The notes beneath the pieces were generated by a model that was not told the origin of the DNA, made no database searches, and saw only the letters and a program-made list of their open reading frames with translations. The position numbers were made by a program, and so were the translations under genes. Below, in pieces: positions 45,167 to 54,909 of a stretch of DNA of 64,000 nt. Position 1 is the first letter of the stretch, and each line of letters begins with the position of its first letter. Source of the DNA: a virus (lineage: Duplodnaviria; Caudoviricetes); the IMG/VR virus record IMGVR_UViG_3300048851_000184, positions 1-64,000 of that record. One strand, given 5' to 3'.

Positions 45167-45774
45167 TGGCGTTGGAGAACGGGGAGCGCGCACGCGAGGA
45201 GCGCTGGTGCATCCTGCGGACGCACGGCGGCAGAACCCTGCCACTTGCCCGCTCGCTCGCGGACGCGGGCATTCTTGCGTGGACGCCGGTGGAGCATGTG
45301 CGCCGGCGCATCCCGCGATCGAGGGAGAAGGAGCGAGAGTTCCGACCCGTTCCCTACCTTCCGACCTATGTGTTCGCCCCGGCCGCTGACCTGGGCGAAC
45401 TTCGGCGTCTGGAGGTGGCGGAGGAAAGCGGGCATCCAGCCTTCTCCATCTTCCGCCACTACGGCGCATCGGTGCTGGTGCCGGAGGCTGAGATCGCATC
45501 CCTGCGCCAGCGGGAGGCCGAGAGCAGGCGCCGCATGGAGCAGAGCCTGGACGCTCAGGAGCGGCATGGACGACCGCTGAGGGAGCGCGCCGTGCCCTAT
45601 GCGCGCGGCTCTGAGGTTGCCGTGGAGGAGGGCGCATTCGCCGGCCTGTCGGGCATTGTCGAGGAGAGCGACGGCCGGCACACGCTGCTCCTGTTCGGCA
45701 CCCACCTGCGCGTGACGATTGAGACTTCCACATTGCGGGGGAATGCTGTAGCAGAGCCGTCATCTGCTGACTGA
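45166..45774 (+). CDS. NusG-family (NGN plus KOW) antiterminator in Q position
   Basis: WCILRT, LPTYVF, GSEVAVEEGAFAGLSGIV KOW motif. Confidence 0.8.
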   Translation: MALENGERAREERWCILRTHGGRTLPLARSLADAGILAWTPVEHVRRRIPRSREKEREFRPVPYLPTYVFAPAADLGELRRLEVAEESGHPAFSIFRHYGASVLVPEAEIASLRQREAESRRRMEQSLDAQERHGRPLRERAVPYARGSEVAVEEGAFAGLSGIVEESDGRHTLLLFGTHLRVTIETSTLRGNAVAEPSSAD

Positions 45775-45939
45775 TCAGCCCAGACGAGCGATGCGCCGGC
45801 GTAAGCGCCACTGCCCTCGTCATCATGACCGACCGGTGAGGGCGCCTATGCGGCGCTTGGCCGGGAGTCCGGCAGGCTACCTGAAATCCAAGACGCGAGC
45901 CGGTTTAGCGGCTCGCCTGCGCAGCGCGGTCTGGAGGTG

Positions 45940-46167
45940 CGGATGTCGGGCACGTCGCTCACCCCGTCAGATCGGCTGCGCAACCTTGCGGGTGAGATCG
46001 AGACGCTAGCGGACGCCATGGAGCAGCCCTCGCGCACGACTGCCCGCGCGGACATGCTGATCGCCGAGTGCGAGCGTATCGCCGCCGACGTGCGTGCGGT
46101 GGTGCGGGGCAGGGCCCGGCCTTCGGCTCGGCCGCTGTGGCATCGTGGAGGACAGGCGGCTTGGTAA
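45940..46167 (+). CDS. Small hypothetical protein
   Basis: GGAGG RBS. Confidence 0.55.
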   Translation, partial: RMSGTSLTPSDRLRNLAGEIETLADAMEQPSRTTARADMLIAECERIAADVRAVVRGRARPSARPLWHRGGQAAW

Positions 46168-46292
46168 GCGCCGCGATCGCGGGCTCGGAGTATTTCAGCC
46201 GTGAGGCCTAACCCTCGCACCTAGACCGATTTTCGACCCTCCGACCTTCGGCGCGACCCATCATCCCACATGGTGGGACCGCCCCCCCCCTT

Positions 46293-46338
46293 GGGTCCTT
46301 CCGGCGCCGCAGGGTAATACGGGGGGCAAAGGCGCAAC
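46293..46338 (+). other. Lambda-like cos site of prophage 2
   Basis: GGGTCCTTCCGG...AGGGTAATACGGGGGGCAAAGGCGCAACTT, core identical to 996-1025. Confidence 0.7.
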
Positions 46339-46431
46339 TTCCGTCTAGGCGCGAAATTCCACATGGGTGCCGCCGCCTTGACACGAAATCTGGCGGTTTT
46401 CGGCCGTTTTCGGGCGTGTGGAGGCGGCATT

Positions 46432-46947
46432 TTGGCGATCGACACCGAAACGCTCACCCGGGCTGACGTCGCGTGGCTTGTCGGCATGTCGGACAGCTGG
46501 GTTCGGGACCGGATGCAGGCAGGCGAACTGCCGCGGCCGGGCACGACGGCGGAGGAATACGTCGAGGCATTCGTCTCGTATCGGCTCCGCAAATTGGAGC
46601 GCGTCATTGCCGACCTCAATGAAGGCGGCGGCATGCTCGACAAGGAGCAGGAGCAGGCGCGGCTTGCGAAAGAGCAGGCCGATGCCAAGGCGATGGACAA
46701 TGCCGAGCGGCGGCAGGAACTCGCCTCGTTGCCCGACATGGTGGCCGCCGGCGCTGGCGTGATCGTCATGATCGTGGCGCAGCTCCAGCAGGTCGGCGCC
46801 CGCGTCGCCAAGGGCGACACCAAGCTTCGCGCTCGCATCGACGCCGAGATCAACAACGTCCTCACCGACTTGAGCATGGCCCGGATTGAGGAGGCGCGCG
46901 GCGGGGGCTTCGATGACAGCGAGCCCGAAGAAGAAGGGGGCGATTGA
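46432..46947 (+). CDS. terS: Terminase small subunit
   Basis: GGAGG RBS plus TTG start; C-terminal half near-identical to 1118-1612. Confidence 0.8.
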   Translation: MAIDTETLTRADVAWLVGMSDSWVRDRMQAGELPRPGTTAEEYVEAFVSYRLRKLERVIADLNEGGGMLDKEQEQARLAKEQADAKAMDNAERRQELASLPDMVAAGAGVIVMIVAQLQQVGARVAKGDTKLRARIDAEINNVLTDLSMARIEEARGGGFDDSEPEEEGGD

Positions 46948-48895
46948 GCCCTACGAGGCGCCCGGCGCGCATGGTGTAGCGCTCGCCCGTGCGTGGCTGG
47001 CCGCGTGCAAGCCTCGCGAGCGGCCGCCGCTGTCGAAGTTCATGGTCGAGCATGCGCGTTCCGACGACGGTGCGCGCATCCGGCCGTTCCCGTTCCAGGC
47101 GGACATCGCCGACGCGTTCACGGATCCGGAGACGTCGCAGCTGTCGGTGCGGAAGAGCAGCCGCATTGGTTACTCGACCATCCTGCAATGTTTCGTCGCA
47201 TGGCGCATCAAGTTCGACCCGGCTCGCACGCTGATCTACCAGCCGACGATCGACGACGCGGAGAAGTTCAGCCGCGACGATCTAGATCCGGTTCTGCAAT
47301 GGCCGGTGGTCCGCTCGGTTGCCACGTTCAAGCCGAGGCACGCTGACAACCAGATCCGGGCGAAGCGCTATAAGGGCGGCTGGATCCAGATCAAGGGCGC
47401 CAACAGCCCCAAGGAGTTCAGGCGCGTCACCTCTGACGACGTCTTCCTCGAGGAATGTGACGGATACCCCTGGGCGTCGAAGGAAGAAGGCGACCCCGCG
47501 CGGCTGGCGTACAAGCGCAACCTGACGTCGCCGCGCCGGTTCAGCGCAGCTGGTTCGACGCCGAAGGTGAAAGGCTTCAGCCGGATCGACCTGCTGTTCG
47601 AGCAGGGCAGCCAGGAATATCGATACGTCCCCTGTCCACACTGCGGCGAGATGCAGCAGCTCGTGTTCGGCGACGGTACCGGCGCCGGCATCCGGTGGGA
47701 GCCGAAGGAGAACCCGACCCGCGCCTGGTACCGGTGCATCAACGGCTGCGACATCGACGAAGCTGACAAGCCGGCGATGGACGAGGCGGGGGAGTGGCGG
47801 GCGCACAATCCGGATGCTTTCCCGCGCCACCGCTCGTTTCACATCTGGGCAGCGTACAGTCAGCACCCCGGCGCCGCATGGCTGGAGATCGCGCGCGAGT
47901 TCCTGGAGGTTCGCAAGGACCCGAACCTGCTCCGCACGTTCGTTAATCAGGTGCTGGGCGAGGCATGGGCCGAGCGCGGTGAGGCTCCGGAATGGCAGCG
48001 CCTCTACGATCGCCGGGAGAAGGCGATGCGGCTTGGAACGCCCTCGGCGAAGGCCGGGTTGCTGGTCGGCGCTGCCGACGTGCAGCGCGGCGGTGGCGGC
48101 CGCATCGACCTGGACATCTGGGCGTTCGGGCCAAGCGGCCGCCGCGAGTTCGTGGAGCGCATCGAGGTCTTCGGATCGATCTCGGACAAGGCGACCTGGG
48201 CGAAGCTCGACGCGGAGGTCGCGCGGACTTGGACCAGTGAGGACGGCCGCAACATGCGGCTGGCGCGTGTCGCGATCGATTCCGGCGACGGCGAGAATAC
48301 CATGGAGGTCTACGGGTGGGCCCGTCGCCACCCCGGGTTCGTGATGGCCGTCAAAGGTCGGCACATGATCACGGCCAACCAGCCGATCGGCTCGCCGACG
48401 TGGCAGGACGTCACCGTCAACGGCCGCAAGATGAAGCGCGGCGTTCGGCTCTGGAATATCGGCACCTCGATGCTGAAGCTCGAGCTCTTCGGCGACCTGG
48501 AGAAGGAGAAGCCGGTCGATGGCGAGGAATACCCGGACGGGTATGTCTTCCTGCCCGACGGCACGACGGACGAGTGGATCAAGCAGCTCGTCGCCGAGGA
48601 ACTCCGGATCATCCGGCAGCGCAACGGCGGCTTCCGGCGAGAGTGGCACAAGAACCGGGACCGGAACGAGGCGCTGGATAACGCCGTCTACGCCCGAGCC
48701 GTCGCATTCTCACTCGGCGTTGACCGGTGGACGCCGGCCCAGTGGGCTCTGCTGCTGGAAAAGCCGCCCGAGGCGCGAACGCCGAAGGCCGCCGCAAAGA
48801 AGCCGGCGCCTGCGAAGCGAACTGCAGTCGTGCCGAAGAAACCGCCACCGGCTCCGAAGCCGCCCAGCAACTGGCTGAACCGAAGGGGGCGCTGA
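46913..48895 (+). CDS. terL: Terminase large subunit (gpA family)
   Basis: Near-identical to 1578-3572 except C-terminal tail. Confidence 0.95.
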   Translation: MTASPKKKGAIEPYEAPGAHGVALARAWLAACKPRERPPLSKFMVEHARSDDGARIRPFPFQADIADAFTDPETSQLSVRKSSRIGYSTILQCFVAWRIKFDPARTLIYQPTIDDAEKFSRDDLDPVLQWPVVRSVATFKPRHADNQIRAKRYKGGWIQIKGANSPKEFRRVTSDDVFLEECDGYPWASKEEGDPARLAYKRNLTSPRRFSAAGSTPKVKGFSRIDLLFEQGSQEYRYVPCPHCGEMQQLVFGDGTGAGIRWEPKENPTRAWYRCINGCDIDEADKPAMDEAGEWRAHNPDAFPRHRSFHIWAAYSQHPGAAWLEIAREFLEVRKDPNLLRTFVNQVLGEAWAERGEAPEWQRLYDRREKAMRLGTPSAKAGLLVGAADVQRGGGGRIDLDIWAFGPSGRREFVERIEVFGSISDKATWAKLDAEVARTWTSEDGRNMRLARVAIDSGDGENTMEVYGWARRHPGFVMAVKGRHMITANQPIGSPTWQDVTVNGRKMKRGVRLWNIGTSMLKLELFGDLEKEKPVDGEEYPDGYVFLPDGTTDEWIKQLVAEELRIIRQRNGGFRREWHKNRDRNEALDNAVYARAVAFSLGVDRWTPAQWALLLEKPPEARTPKAAAKKPAPAKRTAVVPKKPPPAPKPPSNWLNRRGR

Positions 48896-49101
48896 TGGCC
48901 TACACGCAAAGCGACCTGGACGCCCTCAGCAAGGCGATCATCGGCGGCATCAAGAGCGTCACCTATGCCGATGGCCGCCGTGTCGAATACCAGACGCTTG
49001 CCGACATGCGGGCGCTGCGCGACGACATGAAGGAGGAGATCGCCGCAGGTCTGCGCTCCCGCCAGCTGCGCACGACCGTTGGCCGGGTGATCCGCCGATG
49101 A
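48895..49101 (+). CDS. gpW-like head completion protein
   Basis: MAYTQSDLDAL..AI..GIKSVTYADGRRVEYQ. Confidence 0.75.
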   Translation: MAYTQSDLDALSKAIIGGIKSVTYADGRRVEYQTLADMRALRDDMKEEIAAGLRSRQLRTTVGRVIRR

Positions 49102-50546
49102 ACGTCATGGACAGGGCCATCCAGGCCGTCTCTCCAGTGTGGGGAGCGAAACGCGCTGCCGCTCGGCGAGCGCTGGGCTACCTCAACAAGCCGGCTCAGC
49201 GCTTCGTCGGCAAGCCTGGGGACTGGGACCGGAATACCGGCAACCCGGACGACGCCCGGCCCGCCCGCATGGTCGAGCGCAAGCGTGTGATCGACCTGGT
49301 TGCGTCGGACCCGTTTGCCCGCAAGGCGCTGTCGGCTCTGGTCAACAACACGGTCGGCTGGGGCATCACCGGCGCGCCGAAGAAGGCCCCGGCGACGTTC
49401 CGGAAGCTGTGGAACGACTGGCTCAAGGTCTGTGACTGGTACGGCCGCCTCGGCTTCTATGGTCTTCAGGAACTCGCGGTGCGGACCATGTTCCGCGAGG
49501 GCGAGGTTTTCATCGTCTTCCAGACGCTGTCCCTGGCGGAGGCCGACGGGACGATCCCGCTGCGGTTGCAGTTGCTCGACGGGGGCATGCTGGCGACGAC
49601 CGTCTACAGCCACGGCGGCAACGACGTCCTGGACGGGATCGAGTATGATTCCCGGGGTCGCGTGACCGCCTACCACTTCTACGAGGGCCGGCCGAGCCAG
49701 CGCTGGGCGTCGTACCGGACGGTTCGGGTTCCCGCTGCCGACGTCATCCACCTGTTCGTGCAGGAGCACGTCGGCCAGCGCCGCGGGCACAGCGTCTTCA
49801 ACACCATCGTCAAGCGCCTTGGGGACATCGACGAGAGCGTCGAGGCCGAGCTGGTGCGCAAGAACGTCGAGGCATGCTTTGCTGCGTTCATCACGCAGGG
49901 CGTGGACGACAACGGCGTCGTGTTCGGCGATTTGCAGGGTGATGCTGAGGCGAGCCCGATCGGCGTACAGAGCGAGGGGCTCACCCCGGGCATGATCAGC
50001 CGGCTTGCGCCGGGCGAGAGCGTCAAGTTCGGAGACCCCAAGGCATCGGGCGGCCTGAACGACATCCTGCGCCTTGCCCTGCTGTCGGCTGCGGCTGGCG
50101 CCGGCATCACCTACGAGCACTTCGGCGACCTCTCGAACGTGAACTTCTCCAGCTACAAGGCTGGCAACCTGGAGTTCCAGCGGTCCACCGGCAGGATCCA
50201 GTTCAACACGCTGATCCCTGTGTTCCTTGATCGCGTCGCGTCGCGCTTTCAGGAGGCGGCATTTCTCGCCGGCGCGATGCCCAATCGCTCCTACGAGATG
50301 ACCTGGTCGCCGCCCCCGTTCGAAAGCATCGACCGCAAGGGCGACGCCGAGGCGGACATCCTGGAGATGGCGGCGGGCCTCGAGAGTCGCCCCAGCCTTG
50401 TCGTGGCGCGGGGCTACGACCCTGACCAGCTGCGAGCCGAGATCGCAGAGGATCGCAAGCAGAACGCGGCCGCAAAACTGGTGTTCGCGGGCGACGCGCC
50501 GCCGACCCAGTTTGCGGCACCAGCCGCGACGCCAGCCGCCGAGTAG
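49098..50546 (+). CDS. Portal protein, lambda family
   Basis: GITYEHFGDLSNVNFSS motif; distant from portal 1. Confidence 0.9.
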   Translation: MNVMDRAIQAVSPVWGAKRAAARRALGYLNKPAQRFVGKPGDWDRNTGNPDDARPARMVERKRVIDLVASDPFARKALSALVNNTVGWGITGAPKKAPATFRKLWNDWLKVCDWYGRLGFYGLQELAVRTMFREGEVFIVFQTLSLAEADGTIPLRLQLLDGGMLATTVYSHGGNDVLDGIEYDSRGRVTAYHFYEGRPSQRWASYRTVRVPAADVIHLFVQEHVGQRRGHSVFNTIVKRLGDIDESVEAELVRKNVEACFAAFITQGVDDNGVVFGDLQGDAEASPIGVQSEGLTPGMISRLAPGESVKFGDPKASGGLNDILRLALLSAAAGAGITYEHFGDLSNVNFSSYKAGNLEFQRSTGRIQFNTLIPVFLDRVASRFQEAAFLAGAMPNRSYEMTWSPPPFESIDRKGDAEADILEMAAGLESRPSLVVARGYDPDQLRAEIAEDRKQNAAAKLVFAGDAPPTQFAAPAATPAAE

Positions 50547-50556
50547 GAGCCTCTCC

Positions 50557-52758
50557 ATGACTAAGCCGAAGCCGGCGCCCATCGGCGTCGACGAACCCCC
50601 GCGCGCGGTTGGCGAAACCGCTGACGGTCCGCTGCCGCCCCGCCGCAAGCGGTCCGCACTCGCGCTCGCCTTGGTGGCTGGCGCGGGGATCGCGGGCATG
50701 CTGACGCGAGACGCCCCAGGCCAGCGCCCCGGTGTCGATCCGGAAGAGCGCCGCCAGCCGCAAGCAGGTGGACGAGGCACGCGCAGCCTCGCCCTGGCTC
50801 CCGACAGCTACGATGCTGAGGGGCACACGGTGGAGGCGATCCTCTCCACCGGCGCGGCGGTCCAGCGCTATTACTTCGTCGAGGAGCTGGAGATCAGCGC
50901 CGAGGCGATCGACCTGACGCGCGTCGCTGGCGGCATTTGCCCGCTACTGGACACGCATAATCAGTTCGAGGTCGGAGCCCAGATCGGCCGCGTGACATCC
51001 GTCCGCGTCGAAGGTGGGCAACTCATCGGAACGCTGCAGTTCGACCAGACGGCAGCCGGCCAGGAAATCGAGGCGCGCGTCGCTCGCGGCGAGCTGCGCG
51101 CGATCTCCATCGGCTACCGCGTCACCCGCTGGCAGATCACGGCCACCGACGACAACGATAACGAGACCTGGCGCGCTGTCGCCTGGGAGTTGCTGGAAGC
51201 CAGCCTCGTGCCCGTTCCCGCTGATCCGAACGCCGTGGTTCGGTCTGCACCCGGGACCCCCGCCCACGGAACCCAAGAGGAAGAAGATATGCGACGGAAC
51301 CTTCCGGGCGGCGGTGTCGCCCACCCGAACGCCAACCGCGGCGCCGCTGCCCCTGCGCAGCCCGCCGCCGAAACGACCATTGTCGTCGACGCGAACGGCG
51401 CCAGCCGCGCGGAGCCGAACACTCCTGCTGGTGCGGGGGCCGCCCCCGTGGCCGAAACCCGTGCGGCGGCCGGTGTGTCGGCATCGCGCATCCTGGACCT
51501 GTGCGGCCGGTCGGCGGCACTTGGCAGCGAGTTCGCCGCGGAGCTGATCCGCACCAACGAGACGACGCCGCTGACCGAGGCCGACCTGCTCAGCCGGGTG
51601 AATGAGCGTCTGATTGCCGACCGCCCGACGATCGACGCCCGTGCGGGTGCCACCGGTACCGAAAGCGAGGGCTACCGACAGGCGATCGAGGACGCGGTGA
51701 TGCTCCGCGCCAACCCCGACACCCAGCTACCGGATGAGCCGGGCCGCACCCGCGCCCAGCGCACGGAAGCCGCGCGCGAGTTCCGCGGCATGACGCTGAT
51801 GGAGCTGGCACGCGACTATCTGGGTCGCACCGGCATCAACACCCGAGGCATGGGCCGGCTGGACATCGCAGGCGCGGCGCTGGGCATGCGCTATGGCGCG
51901 CTGACGACCAGTGACTTCGCCAATGCGCTCGGCTCGGTCACCAGCCGCCGGATCCGCGCTGCGTTCGACATGGCGCCGCAGACGTTCCGCCCGATCGTCT
52001 CGACCGGCACGCTGCCCGACTTCAAGCCGGCGCAGATCATCGGCCTGGGAGATGCCCCCGCGCTGCTGAACGTGCCCGAGAACGGCGAGTTCAAGCGGGG
52101 CGCGATCACCGACACCGGCATGACCTATCGGCTGTACACCTATGGCCGCATCATCGCCATTTCCCGGCAGGCGATCGTCAACGACGATCAGAACCTATTC
52201 GGTCGCATCCCGACCATGTTCGGTCGCAAGGCGGCGGACCTGGAGAGCGACCTCGTCTGGGGTATCCTGCTGTCGAACCCCGCGATGGCGGATGGCGTCC
52301 CGCTGTTCCACGCGAACCACGGCAACCTTGCCGCGGTGGGTGGTGCGATCAACGTCGAGAACGTCGGCAAGGGCCGCCAGGCCATGCGCCAGCAGAAGAG
52401 CAACGAAGGCGGCTTCCTCAACATCGGTGCCACGTACCTGATCGTGGGGCCGGCGCAGGAGACCGCAGCCGACCAGTTCGTCACGGCGATCACCGCCAAC
52501 ACGAACAGCGCGGTCAACCCGTTCGCGGGGCGCCTGCAGGTGATCGTCGAGCCGCGGATCACCGACAACAGCTGGATGCTGTCCGCCGACCCGAACGCCT
52601 TCGACACGATCGAGTTGGACCACCTGCTCGGCCAGGAGGAGCTGTTCACCGACACGCGTGTCGGCTTCGACGTCGACGGCGTCGAGAACAAGGCCCGCCT
52701 CGATGTCGGCGCAGCCGCGCTCGACCACCGCGGCTTCTACAAGTCGCCGGCCTACTAA
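50557..52758 (+). CDS. HK97-type prohead protease fused to scaffold and major capsid protein
   Basis: PLLDTHN (His), AISIGYRV (Ser), WELLEASLVPVPADP; capsid end KARLDVGAAALDHRG. Confidence 0.88.
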   Translation: MTKPKPAPIGVDEPPRAVGETADGPLPPRRKRSALALALVAGAGIAGMLTRDAPGQRPGVDPEERRQPQAGGRGTRSLALAPDSYDAEGHTVEAILSTGAAVQRYYFVEELEISAEAIDLTRVAGGICPLLDTHNQFEVGAQIGRVTSVRVEGGQLIGTLQFDQTAAGQEIEARVARGELRAISIGYRVTRWQITATDDNDNETWRAVAWELLEASLVPVPADPNAVVRSAPGTPAHGTQEEEDMRRNLPGGGVAHPNANRGAAAPAQPAAETTIVVDANGASRAEPNTPAGAGAAPVAETRAAAGVSASRILDLCGRSAALGSEFAAELIRTNETTPLTEADLLSRVNERLIADRPTIDARAGATGTESEGYRQAIEDAVMLRANPDTQLPDEPGRTRAQRTEAAREFRGMTLMELARDYLGRTGINTRGMGRLDIAGAALGMRYGALTTSDFANALGSVTSRRIRAAFDMAPQTFRPIVSTGTLPDFKPAQIIGLGDAPALLNVPENGEFKRGAITDTGMTYRLYTYGRIIAISRQAIVNDDQNLFGRIPTMFGRKAADLESDLVWGILLSNPAMADGVPLFHANHGNLAAVGGAINVENVGKGRQAMRQQKSNEGGFLNIGATYLIVGPAQETAADQFVTAITANTNSAVNPFAGRLQVIVEPRITDNSWMLSADPNAFDTIELDHLLGQEELFTDTRVGFDVDGVENKARLDVGAAALDHRGFYKSPAY

Positions 52759-52815
52759 GCCGCCCGTCCACTGCATTGGCGGCGGGGCAGCGCTCCCGCC
52801 GCCGGGAGAACCCAC

Positions 52816-53124
52816 ATGAAGACCATCAGCTTGCGGCAGCCCCTGCCGATCGGCGGGCCTGTCCACCACCCGTCTGAGGGCCCGGTGACCGTCGACGACG
52901 ACCTGGCCGAGCACCTCATCAGCAGCGGCCTCGCCGACGAAGGTGACGGTGAGGAAGAGGACGAGGACGACGACGAGGAGGAGCTTGAGGCCGACGGCCT
53001 TGAGGATCTGACCGTCGCCGACCTCGGCATCCTGGTCACCAAGGAGGGCGTGCCGCTCCACGGCGCCACCAAGAAGGATGACATCATCAAGGCGATCCGC
53101 GCTCACCGCGCGCCCGCCGAGTAA
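52816..53124 (+). CDS. Head-associated protein with acidic tract and HeH/LEM-like tail
   Basis: D/E run then LEDLTVADL...GVPLHGATKKDDII. Confidence 0.65.
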   Translation: MKTISLRQPLPIGGPVHHPSEGPVTVDDDLAEHLISSGLADEGDGEEEDEDDDEEELEADGLEDLTVADLGILVTKEGVPLHGATKKDDIIKAIRAHRAPAE

Positions 53125-53136
53125 GGAGCAGCAACG

Positions 53137-53466
53137 ATGAAGAACTTTGTCCAGCCGGGGGTGAACCTCACCCTCGTGGCTCCGCGCGACCTGGCAAGCG
53201 GCGAAGGCTTCCTGGTGGGGGCCATCTTCGCCGTCGCCTCGGCAGCGGCCAAGGCCGGGGAGCAGGTCGTCGGCGTCACCGAGCAGGTGTTCGATCTGCC
53301 GAAGGCGACCGGCGCGGTGACGCAGGGTGCGAAGGCCTACTGGGACGACGCCGCCCGCAACGTCACGACCGTCGCCGGTGGCGTACTGATCGGCGCGTTC
53401 GTCGACCCGGCAGCCAGCGCGGCGCCGACGGGCCGTGTGAAGCTCACCGGCCAGATCGCCGCCTAA
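53137..53466 (+). CDS. DUF2190-like capsid decoration protein
   Basis: MKNFVQPG, VFDLPKA, AYWD. Confidence 0.8.
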   Translation: MKNFVQPGVNLTLVAPRDLASGEGFLVGAIFAVASAAAKAGEQVVGVTEQVFDLPKATGAVTQGAKAYWDDAARNVTTVAGGVLIGAFVDPAASAAPTGRVKLTGQIAA

Positions 53467-53469
53467 GCC

Positions 53470-53808
53470 ATGGATCCGTTCGCCTCGGCGCTCGACGCCC
53501 TTTTCACCGGGCCGGGCTCCGAGGCGGCGGATTACGTGTCGGAAAGCGGCGTGCAGGAGGGCGTCCGGATCATCCGATCCCGCCCGACCGCCGACGCTAC
53601 CTTCGGCGACAGCCGGATTCGGCAGGATACCTGCGAGATTGACGTGCGGCGCTCCGAGGTGCCGGATCCGGCCCCCGGCGACCGCTTCCTGATCCGTGAG
53701 ATTGATCCCGCCACGCAGGCGGAGGTTCTCACCGTCTGCATCATCGCCGGCGACCCAGCGCTCGACGCCGAGGGCATGACCTGGACCTGCTCGGCGCCGG
53801 AAGCGTGA
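53470..53808 (+). CDS. Head-tail joining protein
   Basis: Near-identical to 8094-8432. Confidence 0.7.
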   Translation: MDPFASALDALFTGPGSEAADYVSESGVQEGVRIIRSRPTADATFGDSRIRQDTCEIDVRRSEVPDPAPGDRFLIREIDPATQAEVLTVCIIAGDPALDAEGMTWTCSAPEA

Positions 53809-54455
53809 AGTTCGAGGTTGAGGTCCCCGACTTCGCCAAGGTGATGCGCGAGGCGGAGAGCGGCGTCGCGCGCGCGGCCACTGTCGCGATGCGCGCCACC
53901 ACCGGCGATGCGCTGCGCGAGCTGCGCGGCCAGGTGACATCGGCTGGTCTCGGCCAGCGCTTGGCGAACACCTGGCGCGGCAACGTCTACCCGAAGTCGC
54001 GCAACGGCATGAACCCGGCCGGCTACATCTACAGCCGCGCTCCCGAGATCATCGACAGCTTCGTGCGAGGCACCACCATCGTGCCGGTCAACGGCAGCCG
54101 GTTCCTCGCCATTCCCACCGACAATGTGCCCCGTGTCGGCAGGCGTCGCGGCTCTACCGGCCGCATGACCCCCGAACAGGTCGAGCACACGTTCAACCAG
54201 GACCTGTTCTACCAGCGTGGCAAGAACGGCCGCGTGCTCGCGTTCATCAACGCCGTGGGCGCGCGTCGCGGACGCGGGATCCGCCAGGGTACCGCACGCC
54301 GACTGGCGCAGGGGCGCGATCTCAAGCGCGTGCTGATGTTCACCCTCGTGCCCGTCGCTCGCATGCCGAAGTTGCTCGACCTGGACGGCCCGGCCGCCCG
54401 CTGGAGCGCCGCCTACATCGCTGCCTTCACCCGCGGTCTGGAGAAGAACTGGTGA
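53805..54455 (+). CDS. DUF6441-like neck protein
   Basis: Near-identical to 8429-9079. Confidence 0.65.
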   Translation: MKFEVEVPDFAKVMREAESGVARAATVAMRATTGDALRELRGQVTSAGLGQRLANTWRGNVYPKSRNGMNPAGYIYSRAPEIIDSFVRGTTIVPVNGSRFLAIPTDNVPRVGRRRGSTGRMTPEQVEHTFNQDLFYQRGKNGRVLAFINAVGARRGRGIRQGTARRLAQGRDLKRVLMFTLVPVARMPKLLDLDGPAARWSAAYIAAFTRGLEKNW

Positions 54456-54892
54456 GCAAGCGCCTCGATGTCCTCGCCGCCGTGAAGGCGCTGATCGAAG
54501 CCGCGCTCCCGGGGGCCAAGGTAGTGGGGATGGACGGCAAGGACGCAGCGCCCGCGCGTGTTCCGCCGAACGGCCGGGTCATCGTGCGCAGCGGTGAACC
54601 GGGCGAGCCTGAGGTTGACCTCTGTCCACCCGTCTACCACTACGCGCACCGCATCCCGATCGAGGTCAGCGCCTACGAGACGACCGCGCTGACCGGCGAA
54701 GAGGTGATCGATCAGATGATGGGCCAGATCGGCGAGGCGGTTGAGGCCGATCCCACGCTCGGCGGCCTCTGCGACTGGCTGGAGCCGACCGGCCCCAACA
54801 CCGACGACATCTACGTCGAGGGCGCGAACCCTGCGCGCGGCGGCGATTTCGACCTGGTCGCCTCCTACTCGACCACATCCCCTCTCAACTGA
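54452..54892 (+). CDS. Putative tail terminator
   Basis: Near-identical to 9076-9516. Confidence 0.65.
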   Translation: MSKRLDVLAAVKALIEAALPGAKVVGMDGKDAAPARVPPNGRVIVRSGEPGEPEVDLCPPVYHYAHRIPIEVSAYETTALTGEEVIDQMMGQIGEAVEADPTLGGLCDWLEPTGPNTDDIYVEGANPARGGDFDLVASYSTTSPLN

Positions 54893-54909
54893 GCCCGAAG
54901 GAACCAACC

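Noticed and set aside
46282-46290. Nine-C run as a phase-variation site
   Set aside because: Intergenic, just upstream of cosQ, and shorter in prophage 1; no frame or promoter spacing is evidently affected
52945-52985. GAG/GAC trinucleotide repeat as microsatellite or array
   Set aside because: Encodes an acidic linker; in-frame low complexity
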